In this document: piece after piece, positions 1 through 8,604 of the stretch | Position numbering within the stretch: position 1 is the first letter of the stretch | Layout: each line of letters opens with the position of its first letter | NCBI GenBank assembly: GCA_965248535.1 | Contig: CBDFJR010000005.1 | Span: forward strand, 1,504,001 to 1,568,000 | Length of the DNA stretch: 64,000 bases | Direction: 5' to 3' | Source of the DNA: Phormidesmis sp. | GTDB taxonomy: Bacteria; Cyanobacteriota; Cyanobacteriia; Leptolyngbyales; Leptolyngbyaceae | Notes under the pieces: generated by a model | Database searches by the model: none | Seen by the model: only the letters and a program-made list of their open reading frames with translations | Told to the model about the DNA's origin: nothing | Made by a program: the position numbers and the translations under genes

Positions 1-36
1 GTTCTCGATAGGGGCATAGCGGTGCCATGCCCCTAC

Positions 37-1197
37 CTAATCTCGGCTTTTGACGGTTGAGAAATTCTCAAACCACCCTTTGCGCTTGAAGAAGACGACC
101 AAGACCGCGGCGATCGTAATCATCATCGCCCAGCACAGGGGGTAGCCCCAATACCAATTGAGTTCTGGCAGGTTAAGCGGAGACTTCTCGGTGTTGAAGT
201 TCATGCCATAAACTCCGGCAATAAACGTTAAGGGAATGAAGATCGTGGAGACGATCGTCAAAAATTTCATCACCTCGTTCATGCGGTTGCTGACTGACGA
301 CAGGTAGACATCCATCAGGCTAGATGACAGTTCTCGATAGGTTTCTACCATGTCTAGCACCTGCACAGCATGGTCATAGCAATCGCGTAGATAGACTCGC
401 ACTTCATCACTAATCAAGTCACTGCCGTCTCGAATTAAAGCATTAATGGCATCGCGCTGTGGCCAAATCGATCGCCGCAGCGTCAGCAATTCGCGCTTGA
501 TTTTGTGAATCTTTTCTAAGGTTTGACGGGTTGGGTTGGCAACCACTTCATCTTCTAATTCTTCAATTTCTTCGCCATAGTTTTCAAGGATTGGGAAAAA
601 CCCATCCACGATCGAGTCCAGCAGCGTATAGGCCAGATAGTCAGCGTTGTGTTTGCGAATCGTGCCTTTGTTGAGGCGAATTCGCTCTCTCACGGCGGCA
701 AAACAGTCGTTTTCTGGCTCCTCTTGCACCGTCAGCAAATAGTGTTTGCCCAAAATAAAGCTGACCTGCTCAGTGAGAAAACTTCTGCCCGATCGCCGCA
801 GCATCACCATGCGAGCAATGATCAGGAGTTGGTCTTCATACTCCTCTACTTTGGGGCGCTGGGGCACGTTCACAATGTCTTCTAACACGAGGGGATGCAG
901 ATTAAAGACTGCCCCTAACCGCTTTAAGATATCTTCACTGCCCAAACCCTTGACATCGACCCAAGACACCGATTCAGTGTCGAGGTGAGTTGCACACTCT
1001 TCGGGCGTTTCGACTTGCAGACGAATGGCGCTTTGCTCGCTGTAGTCGATCAACACAATCACCGGAGGTGGGGCATCTGGCTCAATGTTGAGAGTTCCGG
1101 GCATTGAGCCGGGGACATCATAGAAATAATCGATCGTCGATTCATCTTCGTCGGGTGGCACTCCAAATCTTGAAGCCTGAAGCCGTTTTCCTACCAT
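37..1197 (-). CDS. corA: Mg/Co transporter CorA
   Basis: HPLVLEDI..QRPK, YLRDCYDH and GVYGMNF signature followed by two C-terminal TM helices. Confidence 0.95.
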   Translation of the reverse strand: MVGKRLQASRFGVPPDEDESTIDYFYDVPGSMPGTLNIEPDAPPPVIVLIDYSEQSAIRLQVETPEECATHLDTESVSWVDVKGLGSEDILKRLGAVFNLHPLVLEDIVNVPQRPKVEEYEDQLLIIARMVMLRRSGRSFLTEQVSFILGKHYLLTVQEEPENDCFAAVRERIRLNKGTIRKHNADYLAYTLLDSIVDGFFPILENYGEEIEELEDEVVANPTRQTLEKIHKIKRELLTLRRSIWPQRDAINALIRDGSDLISDEVRVYLRDCYDHAVQVLDMVETYRELSSSLMDVYLSSVSNRMNEVMKFLTIVSTIFIPLTFIAGVYGMNFNTEKSPLNLPELNWYWGYPLCWAMMITIAAVLVVFFKRKGWFENFSTVKSRD

Positions 1198-1229
1198 GCC
1201 TAATTACCTCGCAGTCTGATGTCAATAAT

Positions 1230-2658
1230 TTGACACTCCCACGGCTAAAGCCAGTGGGATTCTTCTCTCTACGATATGACTTGCTCAGGCAGGATTGCTC
1301 CAACCTGAGTAGAGGACTCATCTCCAGAAGCGTTGCTTGCATCGAGTGCAAGGGTTCCGGTATGCCCTACCGTACCCAATCCCCGACTGAGGATGTTTCT
1401 CGCTGCATTGTGGTCACGGTCTAGAACGCAGCCGCACAAACAAACGTGAGTGCGGGTACTCAGACTTTTCTTGACCACATCCCCGCAGCGAGAGCATTCT
1501 TGGCTGGTGTATTGAGGATTCACCGCAATGGTGATTCGCCCGAACACCTTCCCAAAGTATTCAATCCAGACTCGGAATTGAAACCAAGATGCGTCGTTAA
1601 TCGACTTAGCCAGACAATGATTCTTCACCATATTTTTAATTCTCAAATCTTCGTAGGCGACTACATCGTTAGATGTGATGACGCACCGTGCGAGTTTCAC
1701 CGCATGGTCTTTACGCTGCCGACTTATTTTGAGATGGCGTTTACCCAGAACCTGTCTTGCGTTTCGTCGGTTGATTGACCCTTTCACCTTGCGAGAAACA
1801 CGTTTCTGCGATCGCTTGAGAGCCACTTCCCCTTTATGGAGAAAACGCGGATTCTCAATCATCACCCCATCAGAATCAGTGTAGAACTCTTTCAAGCCCA
1901 CATCCAACCCAACCGTGGTTCCCGATGGCTCTAACACCTCTGAGCGATTCACATTGACACAGAACTGAACATACACACCATCGGCACGTTTCACCAATCT
2001 GACCCGTTTGATTTGGTCGATGGAGTAGAAGTGCAGATCGCGGGTTCCTTTCAGTTTCAAGCGTCCAATGTTCTTTTTGTCAGTGAATGTGATAGTTTTG
2101 CGGTCATCTGCCAGTTTCCAACCAGAGGTTTTGTACTCCACAGAGCGACCATCTTTCTGGAATTGAGGGAATCCCTTTTTACCGAGAATTCCCTTCTTGC
2201 AGTTCTCGAAAAACCGAGTGATCGAACTCCAGGCTCGTTCGGCACTGGCTTGTCTTGCCATGCTGTTGAGTTCGTCGGCAAACGGGAAATTCTTCGCCAA
2301 CACCGCACAGTATTTCTGCAAATCGTTTTTACCGGTCTCTTTGACATCCATCCAGAGCCGAATACAGCTATTGCGGATGAATTGGGCAGTCCGAATGGCT
2401 TCGTCTACTGCGCTGAACTGGCTTGATTTTCCGTAGGCTTTGAACTCTAGAACCAGCATCGTTTCGTTGCTTGCACTGGGCGAAGCCTAATCCATTCCCG
2501 ATACGTTTATACTACTAAAGTGAGTATAAGAATAGTTGAAGTGCATCAATCTTTATCGATACTTTACACTCTGTGGCTGAAGCACCACGCGGGAACCCCT
2601 TCTACATCCCACGACTGAAGCCAGTGGGCTTTGGGGGTTCCCGAACCCTCCCGTTTTT
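1230..2658 (-). mobile_element. IS200/IS605-family element, tnpB-only (IS1341-like)
   Basis: Minus strand: TTAC (2659-2662) then left end with AAAG 5' of hairpin CCCACtggcttcagtcGTGGG. Right end has GAAT + hairpin CCCACtggctttagccGTGGG and ends in TCAA (1230). Matches the IS608 cleavage/guide tetranucleotide pairs. Confidence 0.85.
1269..2459 (-). CDS. tnpB: RNA-guided endonuclease TnpB
   Basis: RuvC-I VGLDVG, RuvC-II AYEDL, zinc finger CSRC..CLC, RuvC-III DRDHNAARNI. Confidence 0.95.
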   Translation of the reverse strand: MLVLEFKAYGKSSQFSAVDEAIRTAQFIRNSCIRLWMDVKETGKNDLQKYCAVLAKNFPFADELNSMARQASAERAWSSITRFFENCKKGILGKKGFPQFQKDGRSVEYKTSGWKLADDRKTITFTDKKNIGRLKLKGTRDLHFYSIDQIKRVRLVKRADGVYVQFCVNVNRSEVLEPSGTTVGLDVGLKEFYTDSDGVMIENPRFLHKGEVALKRSQKRVSRKVKGSINRRNARQVLGKRHLKISRQRKDHAVKLARCVITSNDVVAYEDLRIKNMVKNHCLAKSINDASWFQFRVWIEYFGKVFGRITIAVNPQYTSQECSRCGDVVKKSLSTRTHVCLCGCVLDRDHNAARNILSRGLGTVGHTGTLALDASNASGDESSTQVGAILPEQVIS

Positions 2659-2735
2659 GTAAAATGCAATCTCTGTCTTCGACTTATTCGACTTAACTGA
2701 TATCCTGCTAACGTAGCTTTTGAGGCATCACCCCG

Positions 2736-3536
2736 TTGACTGAGACCCCCTCTCATTCTTCATCGTTAGGACTTTGGAGCCATCGCCTTCTCTCTGCGGT
2801 GCTGCTCGGTGGACAGGTCTTGGTGCATTTGCTCAGTGGCAAGATCAATCGTCGCAACACGATCGATCAGATGGCGGCGGTTGGCCCTGAGTCGCTGTTG
2901 ATTGCCTTGACCACGGCTGGTTTTGTCGGTGCTGTCTTCACGATTCAGGTGGCACGAGAATTTATTAATCTGGGTGCAGGCACGGCAGTCGGAGGGGTGC
3001 TGGTGCTGTCTCTATCGAGAGAGTTAGCCCCGGTGTTAACTGCGGTGGTTTTGGCGGGTCGGGTTGGCTCGGCCTTTGCGGCAGAAATTGGCACGATGAA
3101 GGTGACCGAGCAGATTGACGCGCTCTATATGCTGAGGACTGACCCGATCGATTATCTCGTGATCCCGCGGGTGATTGCCTGCTGCTTGATGCTGCCGATT
3201 CTTACGATTCTCGCATTGGTCATTGGTGTGGCGGGTGGAATGGTGATCGCCGAGGTGCTCTATGGCATTTCTAACACGGTGTTTCTCACATCGGCCCGCA
3301 ATTTTTTGAGCGTTTGGGATCTGTGTAGTGCACCGATTAAAGGGTTTTTCTTTGGGGCATTGATTTCGATTATTGGCTGTAGCTGGGGGTTGACGACGAC
3401 TGGCGGTGCAAAAGGAGTCGGACAATCGACCACCACGGCGGTGGTTACCTCACTGCTGGCAATCTTTGTTTCTAATTTTTTCCTGTCGTGGCTGATGTTT
3501 CAAGGCACGGGCAGCGCCGTGAATCGAGGACTTTGA
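2736..3536 (+). CDS. mlaE: MlaE/Ycf63-family lipid ABC transporter permease
   Basis: RELAPVLTAVVLAGRVGSAFAAEIGTMKVTEQIDAL..DPIDYLVIPR motif. Confidence 0.93.
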   Translation: MTETPSHSSSLGLWSHRLLSAVLLGGQVLVHLLSGKINRRNTIDQMAAVGPESLLIALTTAGFVGAVFTIQVAREFINLGAGTAVGGVLVLSLSRELAPVLTAVVLAGRVGSAFAAEIGTMKVTEQIDALYMLRTDPIDYLVIPRVIACCLMLPILTILALVIGVAGGMVIAEVLYGISNTVFLTSARNFLSVWDLCSAPIKGFFFGALISIIGCSWGLTTTGGAKGVGQSTTTAVVTSLLAIFVSNFFLSWLMFQGTGSAVNRGL

Positions 3537-3597
3537 TTTAGAACATCTGTACTTCTGACTTTTTTGTTTGTATTCTGTTGCTAAGGGGTGAAGTCTG

Positions 3598-4013
3598 TTG
3601 ACATCCTCACCGTCCTAAAGGAGCGGTGATTCCCAAACCTCGCGATTTGAGTTTCTGCTTCATTGCAACTGCCTCTACCCTCAAGGAGTTTTGGTCTGAT
3701 GTTCGCTCCACAGACTAACCCCGCAAGCCCTGCGGTTTTTATCAAGTCACAAACAAAAGTTCATGCGTTTTGCGTCTTCCAGGGATGGATACCATTGCCC
3801 TTTCAGCTTTTCCCGGTCTACCGATGGGTCTTCGCCGTCAGCACACTTCCTTAAAATGCTGAACTTCGTCACGTTAGGCTGTTGTTCCGATGCGTCGCGG
3901 GTGGGTCAACGACCACAACCAATATACCGCAATCCCTTGGCAACTTCGCTTCGCTACATTGCCGCTCCTATCCCTCCCTGCCCTAGAACAGCAGGGTTTC
4001 TCGGAGAATCCCG
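3598..4013 (-). mobile_element. Non-autonomous IS200/IS605 derivative (PATE-like) retaining the TnpB omega-RNA end
   Basis: Minus strand: TCAT (4014-4017) then left end with GAAA + hairpin CCCTGC..GCAGGG. Right end has GAAT + hairpin CACCG..CGGTG and ends in TCAA. Contains a TnpB-tail-like TAGLAGLVCG stretch but no full ORF. Confidence 0.8.
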
Positions 4014-4191
4014 ATGAGAAAAGAATTTTTGATCGCACGGGTTAGCTGAGTGAGAGCGGGTTATGGGGCGGCGATCGCCAGCCATACGCTTGACGTTTCC
4101 CTATAGGTAGTGTTTTATATGGAAACGATTTTTGAAGTACGCTATATCTATTATCGTTCTTGATCACCGTTCATTGCCTGGATTGCCCCCT

Positions 4192-4728
4192 ATGGTTTCC
4201 CAAATAGAAACTCCGGTTTTTGACTCCGATCGAGTCCTCAGTCTCAGCGTTGAGGGCTTGGTGCAAGTGTTTACGTCGTGTCACCGCAGCTTTTTCACCG
4301 GGGTGATGGCGCAAGCGCTGAGAATTGCAGGGCAGGGCACCTCGGTTTTAGTGGTGCAGTTTCTCAAAGGGGGCATTGGGCAGGGGCACGATCGCCCCGT
4401 GCAACTCAGTCAAACTCTAGATTGGATTCGGTGTGACATTCCGCGCTGCATTGACACGCCAGAGTTAGATGAAGCCGAAATTGTCTCACTGCTTGAGTTA
4501 TGGCAATACACGCAGGCGGTGGTGCATCAGGGCAACTATGACCTAGTGGTGCTAGACGAGTTGAGTCTAGCGATCAACTTTGGGTTGATTCCTCAATCTG
4601 AAGTGCTGGCGTTCTTAAAACAGCGTCCGCGTCAGGTCGATGTGATTTTGACGGGCCCTGATATGCCCCAAGCGATTTTAGATGTAGCCGACCAAATTAC
4701 TGAACTTCGTCGTAGTCACCAACCCTAA
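4192..4728 (+). CDS. CobA/CobO-family P-loop protein (adenosyltransferase-like)
   Basis: VVQFLKGG, YDLVVLDEL, VILTG, ADQITE motifs; canonical GxGKGKT not evident. Confidence 0.8.
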   Translation: MVSQIETPVFDSDRVLSLSVEGLVQVFTSCHRSFFTGVMAQALRIAGQGTSVLVVQFLKGGIGQGHDRPVQLSQTLDWIRCDIPRCIDTPELDEAEIVSLLELWQYTQAVVHQGNYDLVVLDELSLAINFGLIPQSEVLAFLKQRPRQVDVILTGPDMPQAILDVADQITELRRSHQP

Positions 4729-4737
4729 GCAACCATC

Positions 4738-5319
4738 ATGATTAAAAACGATACCTGGATTTCGCAAATGGCGCAGCAGGGCATGATTAGCCCCTTTGAG
4801 CCGCAACTAGTGAGACGAGTCGAGGGTGCGCCCGTGATTTCTTATGGGTTGAGCAGTTTTGGCTATGACTTGCGGCTGTCACCCTGCGAGTTTCGGATTT
4901 TTCGTCACATTCCGGGCACGGTAGTTGACCCTAAACATTTCAACCCTGCCAATTTAGAACCTGCTGCCCTGCACGACGATGAGAATGGCAGCTATTTCAT
5001 TTTGCCTGCTCACACCTATGGGTTAGGGGTGGCGCTAGAGCGGTTAGAAGTGCCGGAGAACGTGACGGTGATCTGCATTGGCAAATCGACCTATGCGCGC
5101 ATTGGTTTAATTGCTAATTTAACGCCTGCTGAGGCAGGATGGCGGGGGCATTTAACCCTAGAGTTTTCCAATTCATCGAGTGCTGATTGTCGCATTTATG
5201 CCAACGAAGGGATTGTGCAGTTGCTCTTTTTAGAAGGAGCACCGTGCGAAGTTAGCTATGAAACTCGCCGAGGAAAGTATCAAGATCAATCTGAGCGAGT
5301 GACGCTAGCGCGAGTCTAA
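4738..5319 (+). CDS. dcd: dCTP deaminase
   Basis: SYGLSSFGYDLRL, GKSTYAR, EAGWRG, YQDQ motifs. Confidence 0.95.
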   Translation: MIKNDTWISQMAQQGMISPFEPQLVRRVEGAPVISYGLSSFGYDLRLSPCEFRIFRHIPGTVVDPKHFNPANLEPAALHDDENGSYFILPAHTYGLGVALERLEVPENVTVICIGKSTYARIGLIANLTPAEAGWRGHLTLEFSNSSSADCRIYANEGIVQLLFLEGAPCEVSYETRRGKYQDQSERVTLARV

Positions 5320-5336
5320 AAGCAGGGTGAACCTTG

Positions 5337-6752
5337 TTATTTGACATTGGCTCTGCGCCAGCGAAAAAAGCTTTCTAGAAAGTCTTGTAAGCCAGAGTTG
5401 TGGTTGAGTTTTTGAGACTCCCACTCGATCGCGACTCTGGTGAAAATTTCTGAACCTGTGGGGGATAGAAATCCAATCTCTTGAAAGACTTGAATGTTGA
5501 GTTTTTGATGAATTGCGAGAGCGATCGGGCTAATCAGTTCGCTTGCATCTGTTCCTACAATCTGCGCTCCTAAAATTCTGCCATTGCGACGGGTGATGAC
5601 TTTTATAAATCCCGTTGTTTTGGTTTGAATCTGCGCTTTTGCTAAGGTCTTAAAAAACTGCCGTACAATTACTACATCTTTGCCATAGGCTTGAGTTGCC
5701 TGAGACTCAGTTAACCCGACCCAAGCCAGTTGTGGAGTGGAAAAAATAGCGCGGGGAATCTGACGATCGCTGATCTTAAACCGGGGAAAAAATAGCGCAT
5801 TTTTCAAGGCAATGTTCACTTCTTGTTGAGCCATTGAGGAAACGGAATTGCCGCAAATATAGATGCGATCGTGGGTCGATCGCAGTTTGGTATTCACACG
5901 CACCGGAAACGAAATGCCCATCGCTTCTAGATTGAGAGACTCTAGATTTGGCTGAAAACCTGCGGCTAAGAAAACTTCATCCGTTTCGATCGCTTGATTG
6001 CCTGCCTGAACCCATTTTTTAGACTGAATTTTTTTAACTTGAGTCACTTGAGTGTGAGTTAAGACTCGAATGCCTTCTGACTCTAACTGAGCTTGAATGA
6101 GAAAGGCAGCCTCGCGATCGAGGGTTTCTATGGGTTCTAAAAATCCGCTACTCATAATCAAAATAACTTGAGAACCTAAGTTATTAAAGGTTTGGGCGAC
6201 TTCAATTCCTGTTGCATCGTCGCCAATGATCACGAGTTTTGACGGAATTTTTTCACCTAGTCTGTCAGAGGTTAAATAACCCGCTGTCTGCAAGCCTTCG
6301 ATTTTTGGAATGATTGGAACTTGCTCAGTTGCGATTAAAAAAGCCCGCGATCGTAGCACTCGCTGATCGACTAAAAAACCAAACTGCGGTTCGAGACAAA
6401 ATTCACCAGCGCTCGCAATAACCTCAATGCCGAGCGAGGCTAAAACCGCCGGAGATTCGAGTTGTTGAAGCGTTGTATTAATCGCGTCAGCCCACTTTTT
6501 TGCCTCTAATAGCTGAGGCAATCCAAACACAATGTCAGGATTATAGACCCCTAATTGATTGGCTCGATCGAGACTTTGAGCAACGGTTCCAATCTCTGCC
6601 AATGCGTGACGGACGATCGTAGAATCTGAGCGGCGGTTTTGCGCTACGATCGCGACTCTGGCCTTGAGTCTTGCAGCCGACAGAGCGGCATAGATTCCTG
6701 TGGTCGTATTGCCAATCACGACCACATCATAGTCAACAGCCATAGGGTTCAC
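5337..6752 (-). CDS. Pyridine nucleotide-disulfide oxidoreductase family protein (MerA/LpdA-like, degenerate active site)
   Basis: YDVVVIG Rossmann start; FSTPQLAWVGLTE and GRILGAQIVG dimerisation domain; no CxxxxC. Confidence 0.8.
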   Translation of the reverse strand: MNPMAVDYDVVVIGNTTTGIYAALSAARLKARVAIVAQNRRSDSTIVRHALAEIGTVAQSLDRANQLGVYNPDIVFGLPQLLEAKKWADAINTTLQQLESPAVLASLGIEVIASAGEFCLEPQFGFLVDQRVLRSRAFLIATEQVPIIPKIEGLQTAGYLTSDRLGEKIPSKLVIIGDDATGIEVAQTFNNLGSQVILIMSSGFLEPIETLDREAAFLIQAQLESEGIRVLTHTQVTQVKKIQSKKWVQAGNQAIETDEVFLAAGFQPNLESLNLEAMGISFPVRVNTKLRSTHDRIYICGNSVSSMAQQEVNIALKNALFFPRFKISDRQIPRAIFSTPQLAWVGLTESQATQAYGKDVVIVRQFFKTLAKAQIQTKTTGFIKVITRRNGRILGAQIVGTDASELISPIALAIHQKLNIQVFQEIGFLSPTGSEIFTRVAIEWESQKLNHNSGLQDFLESFFRWRRANVK

Positions 6753-7861
6753 AAACTATCAGTTAGACCTGCGATTAATCGTTGATTGTCAGACTCAGAC
6801 CGCACTGCGACTCGGAAGTAGCGATCGTCTAATTCTGGAAAGCTTAAACAGTCTCGAATCAAAATCTGGTGTTGCTTTAAAAGTCGCTGCTGAATCTCAG
6901 GCACCGACTGCTGCGATCGCACTAAAAAAAAGTTAGCTGCACTGGGATAGGGAGATAGCCCCGGCAACGCTGCCAGACCTTCAAATAGTTTGGGTTTAGC
7001 AGTTTTTAACCAATCCCACGTCTGTTGCTGAAACTGCTGATATTCGGCATCTAATAACATTGCCTCAGCCGCAACCGATGCCAAAACGTTGACTGACCAA
7101 GGATCTCGACGAGCTTGCCAAATGTTTAAATAATCAGGATCAGCGATCGCATACCCCAATCGCAATCCAGGTAAGCTATAGAATTTTGTCAGCGATCGTA
7201 AGATCACTAAATTAGGATAATTCTGCACATCTTCGATCAGACTTTGCTGGCGATCGGGGGGCAAAAAATCCATAAAGGCCTCATCCACCACGACCAGCGC
7301 AAACCGATCTAACCACGACAAAATGGACTCTTTTGAAAACAGTTTCCCGGTCGGATTGTGAGGATTATTCAACAACAATCCAACAGATTTTGTTGAAGGC
7401 CCGATCACTGCCTGAGACAGCGAAGACCCCAAATCTAATAAATCAGGCTCAACTTGTGACTGGCTCTCAACGCTTTCAAAATCAAACGGGCACCGATGCA
7501 CCTTGGCATCAAACGCCCTCAATGCCCGAAAATAATCACTAAACCCTGGCGTGAGCACCTGAGTCTCATCTAACTTTGCGAGATCCCAGCAGGCCCAAGT
7601 GAGCAACTCAGCAGCACCATTGCCGGGCAAAACCCATTCACTCGGCAACTGATGAGTCTCAGCGATCGCCCGCCGCAACCGCCGAGACTCTGGGTCAGGA
7701 TATTCTCGCACCAGATCTAAATTGGCTTGAATCGCCGCGATCGCCGATCGGGGAGGCCCCAACGGGCTAATGCTGGCAGAAAAATCAAGAATGGCAGAGG
7801 GAGAACAGCCAGCCAGTTCTGCTGCCCAAGCTAAATTCCCCCCGTGCACTGGTCGATTCAA
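6749..7861 (-). CDS. cobD: Threonine-phosphate decarboxylase
   Basis: HGGN, DFSASISPLG, NPHNPTG, DEAFMDF, SLTKFYSLPGLRLGY. Confidence 0.9.
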   Translation of the reverse strand: MNRPVHGGNLAWAAELAGCSPSAILDFSASISPLGPPRSAIAAIQANLDLVREYPDPESRRLRRAIAETHQLPSEWVLPGNGAAELLTWACWDLAKLDETQVLTPGFSDYFRALRAFDAKVHRCPFDFESVESQSQVEPDLLDLGSSLSQAVIGPSTKSVGLLLNNPHNPTGKLFSKESILSWLDRFALVVVDEAFMDFLPPDRQQSLIEDVQNYPNLVILRSLTKFYSLPGLRLGYAIADPDYLNIWQARRDPWSVNVLASVAAEAMLLDAEYQQFQQQTWDWLKTAKPKLFEGLAALPGLSPYPSAANFFLVRSQQSVPEIQQRLLKQHQILIRDCLSFPELDDRYFRVAVRSESDNQRLIAGLTDSL

Positions 7862-7890
7862 GACGTTTGCCTGCTGAATAATTGAGCGTG

Positions 7891-8175
7891 TTATTTGTCG
7901 GAAGGAGCCACCTTCTCTTTGAATAGCTTTCCAGCCGAAAACGCCGGAACCTTGGTAGCGGGAATCTCCATCTTATCGCCCGTTTTGGGGTTGCGCCCCT
8001 CACGAGCCTTGCGCTCACGCGACTCAAACGAGCCAAACCCCACCAGCGTTACCTTGTCACCTGAAGATACCGCCTCAACGATCGTTTCGATCGTCGCCGT
8101 CAAAACGGCATCGGCTTGTTTTTTGGTGACGCTGGCTTTCTCGGCAACTGCGTCTACAAGTTCGCCTTTGTTCAT
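7891..8175 (-). CDS. hup: HU DNA-binding protein
   Basis: MNKGELV..GFGSFE..GRNPKTG..PAFSAGK. Confidence 0.97.
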   Translation of the reverse strand: MNKGELVDAVAEKASVTKKQADAVLTATIETIVEAVSSGDKVTLVGFGSFESRERKAREGRNPKTGDKMEIPATKVPAFSAGKLFKEKVAPSDK

Positions 8176-8604
8176 ATAAATCTCCTCAGAGGTTGTGTTA
8201 TGCGGTGAGTAGTGTCACGGGTCTCACAGTGAGACTGAAATGAAGATTCGAGGGGGTTGATTCAAAATGGCTGAAACTCCCATTTTCTCGAATTTTCAAT
8301 GCCCCATTCTATAGGCTGTTTTATCAATGTGGAGCGTCAAAAGCTTTAAGTTATATGGACTTCAGCATTTCTTGGCTTATTTTGAGCAATTCTATAAGCA
8401 TTTATGCTCAACTAAGCAATCTGTTCGCTAAGAAACGTTACGTTATTCCCGCTCACGCTGGTTTTGGGTGCGATCAGAGGAGGATCACCCCAGAGACCAA
8501 CCAGCCGCGATCGCGTCTCATTTGAGAAAGCAGCCAACCAAACGCTTAGGATCGTAGATTAAATAACCTGTAAAGTTCTCTGATTTGTCATCGCCAAGAC
8601 TCCC

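Noticed and set aside
2530..2600. Possible tnpA remnant in the IS element
   Set aside because: No recognisable HUH or Tyr motif in any frame I could read
3777..3787. 11-nt match (ATCCCTGGAAG on minus) to the CRISPR repeat inside the IS605 derivative
   Set aside because: Too short to be an anti-repeat, and type I-D uses no tracrRNA
7891..8604. HU gene next to the array trailer as a CRISPR host factor
   Set aside because: It has its own ~430-bp upstream region, and adjacency alone is not evidence
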